Below, piece by piece: positions 17,285 to 26,629 of a DNA stretch of 64,000 nt; position 1 is the stretch's first letter; every line of letters starts with the position of its first letter. The notes below the pieces were generated by a model, which searched no databases, was not told where the DNA came from, and saw nothing but the letters and a program-made list of their open reading frames with translations. Source of the stretch: a virus; IMG/VR virus record IMGVR_UViG_3300037042_006682, positions 64,001-128,000 of that record; one strand, written 5' to 3'. The translations under genes and the position numbers were made by a program.

Positions 17285-18016
17285 TCACGGAGTACGCGGC
17301 ACAGGGGTCGGGATAATCGACGCAAAGCGCCGATTCTTGGTCAGCCCCGAACGCTCGAAGAGCTTCATGCGGTACACGGTCCCACGCTGCTTGAACGCCA
17401 TCCCCTGCCAGGCCTTGAGAGACAACGTCCCCTGCTCCGTAGGGTAAGCACACTTGCCAATCGCATAGCAGGTCAGCGTCGCCTCCAACCCCCCGCACCC
17501 CCGACGACAATCCGTCCACACAGTCAGGCCCTCGCGGATCTGATCTTCCGAAGTCACGCCCGTCCCGCCGTTCACCTGCATGAGCCCGTGATCGCGGCCG
17601 TCCTTAAAGCCCTTGATGCCCCCCTCCTGAAAACCGCTCTCCATGCGGCAGATCACCGTAGCCACCCGGTAGTCCACATCCATCTCCCGCGACACATCAA
17701 CGATGATCCGCGCCAAGACTGATGCCCGCTCAACCACGATCTTATTGGGCAGATAGTCTGGGTTCGTCGCGGCCCAACGGCGAATGTACTCTGCCACCCA
17801 CAACACGTCGCCCTCATAGGTGTTGGTCTCCTCAACCTCATCCATGGCCTCCAGGCGCTGCAGCGCGGCCTCCGTCCGCACCCGCATGCCCACGGGGTTC
17901 CCCTGTTTGTCCACGCTCCCCCCTGCCTGGCCCTTCGTCGGCGTATTCGCCCCCACGCTCCCCGCGGCCACCAACATCAACGCTACCGCACACAACACGC
18001 GCTTCAACTGGTTCAT
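17285..18016 (-). CDS. secreted lytic transglycosylase (SLT-like)
   Basis: signal peptide MNQLKRVLCAVALML...; ICRMESGF...GLMQVN; AAGGAGG RBS. Confidence 0.8.
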   Translation of the reverse strand: MNQLKRVLCAVALMLVAAGSVGANTPTKGQAGGSVDKQGNPVGMRVRTEAALQRLEAMDEVEETNTYEGDVLWVAEYIRRWAATNPDYLPNKIVVERASVLARIIVDVSREMDVDYRVATVICRMESGFQEGGIKGFKDGRDHGLMQVNGGTGVTSEDQIREGLTVWTDCRRGCGGLEATLTCYAIGKCAYPTEQGTLSLKAWQGMAFKQRGTVYRMKLFERSGLTKNRRFASIIPTPVPRTP

Positions 18017-18143
18017 CTCAACCTCCTTCTCTGTGCCCCGCACCGCCTGCTCTCATGGGGGGGCGTCAGTACAGCCGCGCACGCATATGCGCCTGCCGGG
18101 AGGACGCCCCGCGGCTCCGCCGGGGCTATGTTCGTTGGGGTCT

Positions 18144-18173
18144 AGGCTATCGGCCCCCGTGGGCCCATGTCAA
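18144..18173 (-). promoter_or_regulatory. sigma70-like promoter TTGACA-N18-TAGCCT
   Basis: intergenic, upstream of the SLT gene. Confidence 0.6.
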
Positions 18174-18196
18174 ATTCGTTTCGCTTCGCCACACGA

Positions 18197-18577
18197 TCAC
18201 CCATCACCCCGCGTGGCGTCCGGGGCAGGCGTTGACCCATCAACGGGCGTCTCGGGGAGAAACGCCCTCCACTCCGTGGCCCCTCCGCACCGCGGGCACA
18301 CATGCTCATGGCGCTGCTCCCACGACTGCACCTCGGCCCCCAGCAGGGCCGCCCACCCGCACTCCTCGCGCGTCACCGTGAGGTGCGAGCACCGATGTCG
18401 GAATTGAAACGCCTTGCAGGGGCACACCGCATCCCCATGGCCCTCGCGGAACCACCCCGCGACCTCGTGGGCCTCGCCGGGGTGACTCTTCGAGGGCACG
18501 CGCAGGTGCCACCGCACGATCGGCGGGGCCATGCAGGCCTGGTACTGCCGCATCGGCGGGGGCCTATGCGTCGGCAC
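18197..18577 (-). CDS. SWIM Zn-finger protein
   Basis: CPCKAFQFRHRCSH plus CPRCG. Confidence 0.7.
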   Translation of the reverse strand: MPTHRPPPMRQYQACMAPPIVRWHLRVPSKSHPGEAHEVAGWFREGHGDAVCPCKAFQFRHRCSHLTVTREECGWAALLGAEVQSWEQRHEHVCPRCGGATEWRAFLPETPVDGSTPAPDATRGDG

Positions 18578-18580
18578 CGC

Positions 18581-19009
18581 TCACCCCCGGCACGCCATCA
18601 CCAGCTCGTTGAGGGCCGGCCACAGCCCCTCGAGATCCGCGTGCATCCGCGTGGCCTGGTCCACGACCACCACGCTGCGCCGCGGGAGCAGCGGCATCGC
18701 CCGCGCGGCCTCCGACAGGCTCAGCACGCGCACGCGCACCACCCCCACATCGAAGGCGTGGGCCGGGATCGTCAGATCGTAGACGGCCCCCAGGTGCGCG
18801 GCCTCCATGCGGCACCACTGCGTCACGCGCTCCGCGTCGCCCTGGCCCAGCACGATCGCGACCACCGTGCAGGGTTCGCGCCGCGAGATCGCCAGCTCGC
18901 ACGCCCCGATCACCTCATCGACGAACGGCGTCACGCACATGGATTTCACCTCCACGCCGATCTTCCGCCCGCCCCCGCGCACCTGCAAGTTTGTGGATTC
19001 CACCCTCAC
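18581..19009 (-). CDS. hypothetical protein
   Basis: GTGA overlap. Confidence 0.55.
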   Translation of the reverse strand: MRVESTNLQVRGGGRKIGVEVKSMCVTPFVDEVIGACELAISRREPCTVVAIVLGQGDAERVTQWCRMEAAHLGAVYDLTIPAHAFDVGVVRVRVLSLSEAARAMPLLPRRSVVVVDQATRMHADLEGLWPALNELVMACRG

Positions 19010-19386
19010 GGCAGACGGACACCCTGCTTGACACGGTGGTAGAACATGATCCCCGAGCCCACGAACTCCACCTTGCCGCTGAACCGGAAGGTGTCCCCCT
19101 TGCTCACCTCATCCGCGATCGGCTTCTTGAAGGTCACCGTAGCGTAGTTGCCGCTGTCGAACTTCACCGTCAGCACCTTGGGGCTCACGATGTCGAAGAC
19201 CTCGCCCTCGAAGGCGAGCACCTTGCCCTGCACGGCCTTACGGCACTGGTCCTTCTCGTAGGTCGTCTCCGAGCCATCCGCGCACCTGATCAGGGCCGCA
19301 TCGCCCTCCCCGGCCCGCACATGCCCCGCGAGGACGACCGCCGCCGTAAACACCGCAAACGCGACTGCCAGTTGGATCCGCTTCAT
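19006..19386 (-). CDS. secreted OB-fold-like protein
   Basis: signal peptide ending VRA; GKVLAFEGEVFDI...VSKGDTFRFSGKV. Confidence 0.6.
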   Translation of the reverse strand: MKRIQLAVAFAVFTAAVVLAGHVRAGEGDAALIRCADGSETTYEKDQCRKAVQGKVLAFEGEVFDIVSPKVLTVKFDSGNYATVTFKKPIADEVSKGDTFRFSGKVEFVGSGIMFYHRVKQGVRLP

Positions 19387-19412
19387 TGTTCCACCCCTTG
19401 GTTGGGGGGCCG

Positions 19413-19595
19413 TCATTCGGCCCCGTACACTGCGGCCACGATCACCATGGCCACCATCATCGCCCCGAGCAGGAACAGCAGGGCGTTCCCCGCCCGGCCG
19501 TTGCCCCGCCCCACAAACAGCGCGCCCCCGAACCCCATAAAGACCAGCCCCACAGCGGCCACCACGACCAACGCCAGGACACGCCCCGTTGTCAT
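19413..19595 (-). CDS. small membrane protein (2 TM)
   Basis: two hydrophobic stretches; ATGA overlap. Confidence 0.6.
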   Translation of the reverse strand: MTTGRVLALVVVAAVGLVFMGFGGALFVGRGNGRAGNALLFLLGAMMVAMVIVAAVYGAE

Positions 19596-20143
19596 GCGAT
19601 CCCAGCCTCGCGCGCCTTGCCCAGCGTGGCCAGGTACTCGCGCGTGAGGCGCCGGCCGCCAGGGAGCTGCAGCGTCGCGCGGATCGCCTCGCGCCCCGCG
19701 TCCTTGCCGCACCCGCTGCACTGCGCCACGTGGACGATGGGCTCCACCAGCAGCGCGAGCCCCGGCATCGTGAGCCCGCACACCTTCTCCCACTCGGCCA
19801 CCACGGCCTCCGCGACCTTCAGCGCCGCGAAGCCCTCGCCCGAGAAGCCCCGGCCATCGGTCGCCTGCTCCACGTGGTAGTCCACGAGCATGGCGTCGGG
19901 CTCATACCCCCGGCAGGTGCCCGTTACCGTGATCCCATGGCGCACGTCCCGCGGCCCCAGCTTGTGGTAGCGCTCGAAGCGCCGCTCCATCAGCGCGAAC
20001 GCCCAGGTGCGCAGGAGCCCATCGCGGGCCTCCGCCGTGAGGAGCCCCCGCGCGTGCTGCTCCCGCATCGCCTCGGCCCCCCCCTCCACGGGGATCCCCT
20101 GCAGCACGTGCTGCACGATCACTTCTTCGATGCCCAAGTTCAT
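19592..20143 (-). CDS. hypothetical protein
   Basis: GGGAG RBS; ATGA overlap. Confidence 0.6.
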   Translation of the reverse strand: MNLGIEEVIVQHVLQGIPVEGGAEAMREQHARGLLTAEARDGLLRTWAFALMERRFERYHKLGPRDVRHGITVTGTCRGYEPDAMLVDYHVEQATDGRGFSGEGFAALKVAEAVVAEWEKVCGLTMPGLALLVEPIVHVAQCSGCGKDAGREAIRATLQLPGGRRLTREYLATLGKAREAGIA

Positions 20144-20320
20144 GATGCTCCCTCGCCCGGCAGCGTACCACGCCGCCACTGCCCGCGCACCCACCGCAAC
20201 GCCACGCGCTCCCCGTTGACGCAGCGGGCCGTGGCCCCCCGCAGGATGCGCCGCCCCCACGCCGTCCTCGGCTGCGGGAGGGCCCGCGCCGCATCGCAGA
20301 CCCCCTCGCGATAGTAGATG

Positions 20321-20593
20321 TCATACAACAGCATCGTCGTCCCGCTCCTCTCGTTCCTTCCAACCCCTCATCAAGCACATCATGCTACGCGCGAACGAGG
20401 GGCGCACCTCGTCATCCCCCCCATCCTCGACCACCAACTCCTCCTTGTTCAAGCCGCAGTAGTACACGGCCCCCGCCAGCGTGGGCCGCCACGCCAGGGC
20501 CTCGCACGCCCCGCAACAGCGATCAGGAGGGGAGGTTAACGTGCTGCTGTTACAGGCGCCCGCTTGGTAGTAGTGCTTAGAGATGTTGTTCAT
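20321..20593 (-). CDS. small Cys-rich hypothetical protein
   Basis: first ORF after the promoter at 20658-20686. Confidence 0.5.
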   Translation of the reverse strand: MNNISKHYYQAGACNSSTLTSPPDRCCGACEALAWRPTLAGAVYYCGLNKEELVVEDGGDDEVRPSFARSMMCLMRGWKEREERDDDAVV

Positions 20594-20657
20594 GGCTCAG
20601 AGCCCTTTCCGGCGCCAGGCGCCTGGGTTGTCAGTAGAGCCTATGGCTCCACCGAGA

Positions 20658-20686
20658 AAGTTAGCGCATCGCCCCAGGTTTGTCAA
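20658..20686 (-). promoter_or_regulatory. sigma70-like promoter TTGACA-N17-TAACTT
   Basis: GTTGACAAAC family. Confidence 0.75.
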
Positions 20687-20954
20687 CGCGCACCAGGCGG
20701 GGCCGGTACAGGGGCGGGGGGGCCTCCCGCACAAAGCGCTCGGCCAGGCCCTCCGGGGCGAGGCGCGGCCCATACCCCTCCCCACGCGAGAGCACCCGCG
20801 AGACGCACACCGCCCCAACCTCGGCGTAGCGCACCATCCAGAAGGCCGCGGCGACCTTGCGCGCCTGCTGGCCCCCGCACGCCACGACGTCCACCGCGCG
20901 CTCCCCGCAGGTCGCCCGCCAGATGTGCCACTGCTTCTCATTGAGCTTGGGCAT
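20661..20954 (-). CDS. hypothetical protein
   Basis: GAGGAGG RBS before MPKLNEK. Confidence 0.55.
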   Translation of the reverse strand: MPKLNEKQWHIWRATCGERAVDVVACGGQQARKVAAAFWMVRYAEVGAVCVSRVLSRGEGYGPRLAPEGLAERFVREAPPPLYRPRLVRVDKPGAMR

Positions 20955-21109
20955 GCCCCCTCCTCGCGGTGATGTGCCCGCACCGGGGGCACTCCCCCGG
21001 CCGCATCTGGATCCGGCTCCCCCACTCGTTGTCCGTCTGCGTCGGCGACGTGACCCCCAACGGCACGGCGCACACGACCAACCCCGAGGAGAAGAGCGCC
21101 CCGCACCGC

Positions 21110-21412
21110 TCACACGTCGTCATCGTCGTCGTGGTCGTTGGGGTACCACTCCACCGCCTGCGCGGCCGTAGCTTGCGCCTGCCCATGCGTCCGCTCCCTG
21201 ATGGGTCGAGTCATCACCATCAACTGCTCCAGGTGCCTGCCCGATTGACAAGCCCCCTTGGGTTGCGGGGGGAAGGGGCGGGGGCCAGCGTGGACCCGCA
21301 CCCCGCGCGCCATCAACGCCGCCCTGGTCTTCCGCGCCAACTCATTTATCGTCGCCAACAGCCGGCACGCCTCACAATCGCAGTATTCGATGGGGGCCTG
21401 CTCATCCGTCAT
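21110..21412 (-). CDS. hypothetical protein (CxCxxC)
   Basis: ATGA overlap, GAGG RBS. Confidence 0.5.
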   Translation of the reverse strand: MTDEQAPIEYCDCEACRLLATINELARKTRAALMARGVRVHAGPRPFPPQPKGACQSGRHLEQLMVMTRPIRERTHGQAQATAAQAVEWYPNDHDDDDDV

Positions 21413-21813
21413 GGCTGCACCTCGGCACTGACCCGCCACCGCTTGTCGAGGATCCCCGTGAGGTCCTCCTCGACGTCCCGCACGAGCACGTAACACTTGG
21501 CGCACAACGACCCGCAGTGGCGCCGGATGTTCTCCGCCGTCGCCTTCTGGCAGTCCAGCAGCCGCGCGTTCGCCGTGATCCCCTGGTCCACCAGGTCCTG
21601 CTGGCACCCGTCCAGCGAGTCCTCGGCCGCCGCGAGGCGTTTTTGCACCTCGTCGAGGCGTTTTTGCACCGCGTCGAGGCGTTGCTGCAACGCCGCCCGA
21701 TCATCGACCACCGACATCGCCTTCATCCGGTCCTCGACCACGAACCCTCCCAGCACCAATAACATCACGATCTCGACCGCCATAAGCGTCGTCATAATCT
21801 TCTTCCCGCTCAT
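21409..21813 (-). CDS. single-TM coiled-coil protein (paralog A)
   Basis: N-terminal TM, heptad repeats, several Cys. Confidence 0.7.
   Translation of the reverse strand: MSGKKIMTTLMAVEIVMLLVLGGFVVEDRMKAMSVVDDRAALQQRLDAVQKRLDEVQKRLAAAEDSLDGCQQDLVDQGITANARLLDCQKATAENIRRHCGSLCAKCYVLVRDVEEDLTGILDKRWRVSAEVQP
21632..21689. repeat. 21-bp tandem repeat (~2.7 copies) encoding heptads LQQRLDA/VQKRLDE/VQKRL
   Basis: CGAGGCGTTTTTGCACC(T/G)CGT repeated. Confidence 0.8.
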
Positions 21814-22085
21814 GGCGTCACCTGGTCCATTCCATCCACCAGTTCTGCGATGGGCGTCCCTTTGCAAGTGGCCAGTTTTCGCTCTGCCAACCATGCGCTT
21901 GCATCGCGGTCGCGAACGTCCACATCAAACCAGGCACACCACGCACCACAGGGGTCTCCGTCAGCAGAAGACGACAGCGGGCAGTAAATCTTGCGCCACC
22001 CCGTCGTGCCGTCGGCCAGTGCCTGCTCGGTCTGTAGCTCTGGCGCACACCCAGGCGCGCTAATGTGTGTCCTCGCCTTTTTCAT
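21810..22085 (-). CDS. Cys-rich hypothetical protein
   Basis: CPL...CGAWCAWF; ATGA overlaps. Confidence 0.6.
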   Translation of the reverse strand: MKKARTHISAPGCAPELQTEQALADGTTGWRKIYCPLSSSADGDPCGAWCAWFDVDVRDRDASAWLAERKLATCKGTPIAELVDGMDQVTP

Positions 22086-22303
22086 GGCAACACCATCAAA
22101 CTAAGGTTGTCCAACACAGCCTTCACCGCCTCTGCCTTCTCAAACTCCCCAGCGGCTTGATACCGCAGCATTACCGTCCTGGTAATCAGCAGCGCCCGGT
22201 TGCCGAACTCCTGCACCGCCGGACGGTCGATCGCCCGCTTTAGCTTCTCCAGGGCGGCGTTGCGTTCCGCTTCCACTGCGCGTATGTCGCGATACTTCGT
22301 CAT
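22082..22303 (-). CDS. hypothetical protein
   Basis: GGAGG RBS, ATGA overlaps. Confidence 0.65.
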   Translation of the reverse strand: MTKYRDIRAVEAERNAALEKLKRAIDRPAVQEFGNRALLITRTVMLRYQAAGEFEKAEAVKAVLDNLSLMVLP

Positions 22304-22608
22304 GGCGTCACCTCCGTCGTGTACCCCGCGCAGACCGCCTGCATGCGCTCCCGCCACTCAACGCCCTTCTCCCGCTGGCACGCCTCCAGCTCGTCGTGGA
22401 ACTGCGTGGCGTCCCGCAGCATGTTCGCGTAGTCCTTCTCCACCTCTGCGGTGCGTTTCTGCATCACCGTGATGCGCTCTTGCAACGCCGCGTTGTCATC
22501 GGCGAACTTCCGGGCATCGCTCCACTTGAACGCCGTCAAGATGCCCATCACGAAGACGGCTGCAATCTCGATGGTGAGCAGGGCCGTCAACCCCGTGTTC
22601 CTATTCAT
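22300..22608 (-). CDS. single-TM coiled-coil protein (paralog B)
   Basis: similar to 21409-21813 (EI..V.G...DD.AALQ.R...QKR..EV.K). Confidence 0.7.
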   Translation of the reverse strand: MNRNTGLTALLTIEIAAVFVMGILTAFKWSDARKFADDNAALQERITVMQKRTAEVEKDYANMLRDATQFHDELEACQREKGVEWRERMQAVCAGYTTEVTP

Positions 22609-22886
22609 GGCTGCTCCTTGTTGGCCGCCGCGCAGACCGCCTTGATCGCCGCCCCGTCCCACCCCTTCCAGTCCAGCTTCCGTGACGCATCATCCTGGAG
22701 GGCGAACACGTCCGCATCCCGGATGGGATCCCCCTCCATCGCGACGATGTACCCGGCGACTGTCAGGTAATGCCGCCCGCAGGCGAACCCCCAATCGACG
22801 ATCGGCTTCTTCTCAGCCGGCGGCGCCTCCGGGGACGACAGCTCCGGCGGAGGCGGCAACGGATCAGTCGGGTAGAGCGCCGTCAT
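22605..22886 (-). CDS. hypothetical protein
   Basis: ATGA overlaps. Confidence 0.55.
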   Translation of the reverse strand: MTALYPTDPLPPPPELSSPEAPPAEKKPIVDWGFACGRHYLTVAGYIVAMEGDPIRDADVFALQDDASRKLDWKGWDGAAIKAVCAAANKEQP

Positions 22887-23224
22887 GACCGCCCCCCCCG
22901 TCGACACGCGGCGAGGTCCTGGATCAGCATATCCGCCATGTTGCGCAGGAGGTCCCGCCCATCCTCGGTACACCGCTCGCACCGGCACTGGGCCGCCTTG
23001 CGCCGGAGGTAGTCCGCGCACTCGAAGATCGCACGGTCCCGCGCCAGCTGCTGATCCCGCTCGCACTGGCGGGGGCAGGGCGGCGCGGGCGCGGGCTCCC
23101 GCACGACGACCACCGTGTGATCGTGCCCCCCCGACCCCTGGCGCGCGGGCGCCAGGGCCACCCCCGTCATCGCGAACAGCCCCCCGATTGACATCTTGTT
23201 CCGTCCATCCCAGTCTCGTGGCAT
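22883..23224 (-). CDS. hypothetical protein
   Basis: GGAGG RBS. Confidence 0.5.
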   Translation of the reverse strand: MPRDWDGRNKMSIGGLFAMTGVALAPARQGSGGHDHTVVVVREPAPAPPCPRQCERDQQLARDRAIFECADYLRRKAAQCRCERCTEDGRDLLRNMADMLIQDLAACRRGGRS

Positions 23225-23694
23225 CACCCCTCCTTCAGCAGCGCCTGCAGCTCGGCGTCTAGGGCGGCGATCGCCCCCGTATGGTCGCTCAGCCACTGTT
23301 CACCGCGATACATCTCAAGGGCCGCCATCTGGTTCTCGTGCTCCATCCAGATCAGGAGCGCCCGCGCCCGGAGCCTCCGCGCCTCGTGCGCCGGCGCGGC
23401 GCTGGGGCCGGCCAAGGGAGCGGGGGGCACCCACCGCCGCTGCTCAGCCGCGCGCGCGCGCTCCGCCGCCCACCGGATGATGTCGGGCGTGCCGGGCCCC
23501 TTGCGGTCGGGGCCGTCGTAGCTGTGGGTGCAGGCCGCGCACAGGGCCCGGCCTGCCTCCGCGATGTTGTCGGCGCAGACCGCGCAGCGGCGCCCCTCGG
23601 CGCGCTGATGGAACAGGTTGCAGGGCCCCACCGGGCGCTGCCCCTCGCACCACGCCCCCTCGTGGACGCACCTCCGGCACTCGTCATCGCTCAT
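23224..23694 (-). CDS. Cys-rich hypothetical protein
   Basis: GAGGAG RBS; CRRC, CAVC, CAAC. Confidence 0.55.
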   Translation of the reverse strand: MSDDECRRCVHEGAWCEGQRPVGPCNLFHQRAEGRRCAVCADNIAEAGRALCAACTHSYDGPDRKGPGTPDIIRWAAERARAAEQRRWVPPAPLAGPSAAPAHEARRLRARALLIWMEHENQMAALEMYRGEQWLSDHTGAIAALDAELQALLKEG

Positions 23695-23969
23695 GGGGTC
23701 TCCTCGGCGCTCATACGGTTCTTCTCCTTCTGCTTGCGCACCCACGCGAGCCGCCGCAGCCGCCAGCAGCTCCCGCAGGACGCCTTGAGCATCCACTCCG
23801 GGTGCTCGCTCCCCGCCGCATCCCGCGCCAGCGCCGCCGCCACGACCCGATCGAGCCCCGCCCGCTCCGCGTACTGCATCCCGCAGATCGACACGCGCTG
23901 GGGCTCCCCGTCCACGAGGCGATGCCAGTGCAGCACCGGCCCCGTGTCGTACCAGATGCCGCTCCGCAC
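23691..23969 (-). CDS. hypothetical protein
   Basis: H...ICG...CGSC. Confidence 0.5.
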   Translation of the reverse strand: MRSGIWYDTGPVLHWHRLVDGEPQRVSICGMQYAERAGLDRVVAAALARDAAGSEHPEWMLKASCGSCWRLRRLAWVRKQKEKNRMSAEETP

Positions 23970-23972
23970 GGC

Positions 23973-24275
23973 CTATTCGCCCCACCACGTGCATGGCGTA
24001 TCGATCGTCTCCCAGACCTGCTGGTCGTTGACGCCATCGACGAGGACGTTCAGGCGCCGCAGGACCACCCGCCCCCCGGCGTCGCGCTGGACCTCGCACC
24101 AGGAATCCACGACCCCCCCGTAGCCCGCATCCGTCAGCTTCACGACCGCCCAGATGAAGGCCACCGCGCAGACCCCGCAGAACAGCACCCACCCCATGAC
24201 GACCACGGGCGGCAGGGGCGCGGGCCGGTACAGGGCGGCCATGTTGATCACGGCTTCCTCCTCCTCGCCCGTCAT
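23973..24275 (-). CDS. membrane protein
   Basis: one TM segment; ATGA overlap. Confidence 0.55.
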   Translation of the reverse strand: MTGEEEEAVINMAALYRPAPLPPVVVMGWVLFCGVCAVAFIWAVVKLTDAGYGGVVDSWCEVQRDAGGRVVLRRLNVLVDGVNDQQVWETIDTPCTWWGE

Positions 24276-24468
24276 GGCCCCACCTCGCCGACGAGGACGC
24301 CACAGCCCGCGCAGGGGGCCTCGCAAGGGGGCCGCCCATCGCTGTACACGCGGACCCACGGGGCCGATCCGCGCCCCGCTTGGGCCTCCTCCAGCCGCCC
24401 ATGCTGGTGCAGGCAGTCCACGCAGTAGAGGACGCCGCCAGGGTCGAGGTAGGCGCAGATGGCCCGCG

Positions 24469-24681
24469 TCATGTCCCGCGCTCCTGCAAGTCGTAATAGA
24501 TCTCCCCCACTAGGGTGACATCCTCGGTGTAGACCTCGCTAGCCGTGATGATCGTGCGCGCCCCGCACGCCGGGCACTCGAAGACGTCCCCCCGCAGGCA
24601 GTAGCCCGTGCTGCGCATGCGCACCACGACGCCGTTCTTCTGGCACCGCAACTCCACCCGGCACCCCGCGCACACCTTCAT
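24469..24681 (-). CDS. Zn-ribbon protein
   Basis: CAGC...CPACG. Confidence 0.6.
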   Translation of the reverse strand: MKVCAGCRVELRCQKNGVVVRMRSTGYCLRGDVFECPACGARTIITASEVYTEDVTLVGEIYYDLQERGT

Positions 24682-24965
24682 CGGCCCCCCTTGCGATCCG
24701 CGTGAACCGCCAACACGATGTCCGCCAGCCCCTCCCAGCGGATGATCGCGGGCATGACCTCCAAGATCAACGCCAGTACCGTGCGGGTCCAGGCCTCCAC
24801 CTCGCCCGCACGCAGCTCTAGGACCCCGACCTGCTCCTGTTCAACCATGGCCTGCACCAGCTCGTTCAGCTGCCGCGTAAGATCTGCCAGCGCCTGCACG
24901 CCCCCCTCCGGGGGGGACTCGTCCTGGCCCACCGAGGCCACCGCATCCTGCTCACCGTCGCTCAT
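24678..24965 (-). CDS. hypothetical protein
   Basis: AAGGAG RBS. Confidence 0.55.
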   Translation of the reverse strand: MSDGEQDAVASVGQDESPPEGGVQALADLTRQLNELVQAMVEQEQVGVLELRAGEVEAWTRTVLALILEVMPAIIRWEGLADIVLAVHADRKGGR

Positions 24966-25201
24966 CGCTTCTCCTTGAGGGCGCGCTCCACGGCCCGCAG
25001 CCCCTCGGCCACGTCCCGCAGCGCCCCGTTGATGTCCTTCAGCGCGCTCACCACGTCCCGCAGCTCCGCCGGCGGCCCCTCGGAGGCCCGCACGGGCGCC
25101 GGCTGCAGGGCGAGCGCCCCCACGCACAGCACCGCGAGGCCCACGAATCCCAGCACCCGCGCGCGATAGCACGCCCACAATCCGCTCCACGTGATCAGCA
25201 T
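24962..25201 (-). CDS. small TM + coiled-coil protein
   Basis: hydrophobic stretch followed by heptads. Confidence 0.55.
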   Translation of the reverse strand: MLITWSGLWACYRARVLGFVGLAVLCVGALALQPAPVRASEGPPAELRDVVSALKDINGALRDVAEGLRAVERALKEKR

Positions 25202-25842
25202 GTTGCCCCCCGGTGCCAAGCAAAGCTGTACCGCGACCGCTCCCTAGCCCACGCGCGCTTCACGGCCTGGCACTGGGCCCGCGCCCAGCAGTCCATCCAG
25301 GTCGCCCGCGGGCGCCAGTAGCGCCGCAGCGCGGCCATGTCTTCGAGGTTGTCCGCGCTGATGTGGTCCCAGATGTCGGCCCACACCACCCCGTAGTGGG
25401 GGCCGCGCCCCGCGCCCCGCGGGAGGCGGTAGGTGCGGGCATCCCCCTCGACGATCGCCAGGCGGGTGCCCCAGCGCTCCCGCAGCGTCGGCGCCACGAG
25501 GGCGATCACCTCGGGGACCAGCTCCACGACCGTGACGCCCGTCACCTCGGGCCGCGCCAGCATGGCCTCGGCCACGAGCCCGAGGCCGAGCCCGAACACG
25601 AGGCACTCCCCCGTGGCCCGGCGCACCGCCTCGCGGTGGTCGCGCGCCTCATCCGGCGTGTCGCTCATCACGAGGGTGCCCCCGCGCATCAGGCTCGTGT
25701 AGGCGCCCTCGGGCACCCAGCGCCCGCGCCCCTTGACCGTCGCCTTCAGCATGTCGAGCCGCGCGTCGTCCGGCGACACCGTGTAGCGCTCCACGCGCCA
25801 CGCCCCAGCCTGCCCCTCGGGGATGTTGGCCTGCCACTGCAT
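25195..25842 (-). CDS. class I SAM-dependent methyltransferase (spermidine-synthase-like fold)
   Basis: CLVFGLGLG, VTVVE, IVEGDA, WADIW. Confidence 0.8.
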   Translation of the reverse strand: MQWQANIPEGQAGAWRVERYTVSPDDARLDMLKATVKGRGRWVPEGAYTSLMRGGTLVMSDTPDEARDHREAVRRATGECLVFGLGLGLVAEAMLARPEVTGVTVVELVPEVIALVAPTLRERWGTRLAIVEGDARTYRLPRGAGRGPHYGVVWADIWDHISADNLEDMAALRRYWRPRATWMDCWARAQCQAVKRAWARERSRYSFAWHRGATC

Positions 25843-25905
25843 CGTTCAACCATCGTTCAACCTCCAGCCTCTACGCGGGGAGCCCCGCGCGCAACCTGCC
25901 ACCGT

Positions 25906-26142
25906 TCAACGCGGGATCCCGATCCCGTGCGCATGCGCGTACGCCAGCGCCTTGGCGCCGATGGCCAGCACGGCGTCGAGCTGCGCCCGGCTCATGGGGT
26001 TCGTCTGCCCGCAGCAGCGCCCCAGGAGGGCCCCCTGGGCCTCCACCATGGTCCGCCGCTCCTCGGGGGTCAGGGCCCCCGCATATCCCCGCACGGCCTT
26101 GTAGACCGCGAGGGCGTCCTTCCAGCTCAGCACACGGTCCAT
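25906..26142 (-). CDS. hypothetical protein
   Basis: TGATG overlap. Confidence 0.5.
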   Translation of the reverse strand: MDRVLSWKDALAVYKAVRGYAGALTPEERRTMVEAQGALLGRCCGQTNPMSRAQLDAVLAIGAKALAYAHAHGIGIPR

Positions 26143-26360
26143 CAGGCATCCGCGCGCGCCGCAAAAAAAGCCACACGCAGGCACTCCGTCGTGCGCTCGT
26201 AGGCGCAGTCCGGGGCGTGCCCCTCGATCTGGTGGCAGGAGCACGGCGCCACCTCAGCCCAGTGCACCCGCATATAGTCAAGGAAGGCATGCGCCTCCAA
26301 CAAGACCTCTTCCTGCGCATGCGCATGCGCGGGCGAACGCATCCACTCCCAGGGCGTCAT
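26142..26360 (-). CDS. hypothetical protein (CxC...H..DC)
   Basis: ATGA overlap. Confidence 0.5.
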   Translation of the reverse strand: MTPWEWMRSPAHAHAQEEVLLEAHAFLDYMRVHWAEVAPCSCHQIEGHAPDCAYERTTECLRVAFFAARADA

Positions 26361-26600
26361 GCCCGCCCCCGCAGCGCCGCCACCACGACAGCCCGCGCGA
26401 TCCGATCCCGCCCCACCTCGACCTCGGCCACGAGCGCCGCCGGCTTGTCCCCGTGCTCCGCCGCGAGGAGACCCGCCCACATGGGGCCGCCCCGCAGCAC
26501 GCAGGCGCGGCGCCCCACGAACTTACCCTCATGCTCTAGCATCCGTGTGCCCTGCGCATCCATGATGATCCTTCCCCCCTGGCCCCTAGGGCCTGCAAAG

Positions 26601-26629
26601 GCGTTAGCACGCCCCGCCCGGTTTGTCAA
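26601..26629 (-). promoter_or_regulatory. sigma70-like promoter TTGACA-N17-TAACGC
   Basis: GTTGACAAAC family, right after the SNF2 stop. Confidence 0.6.
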
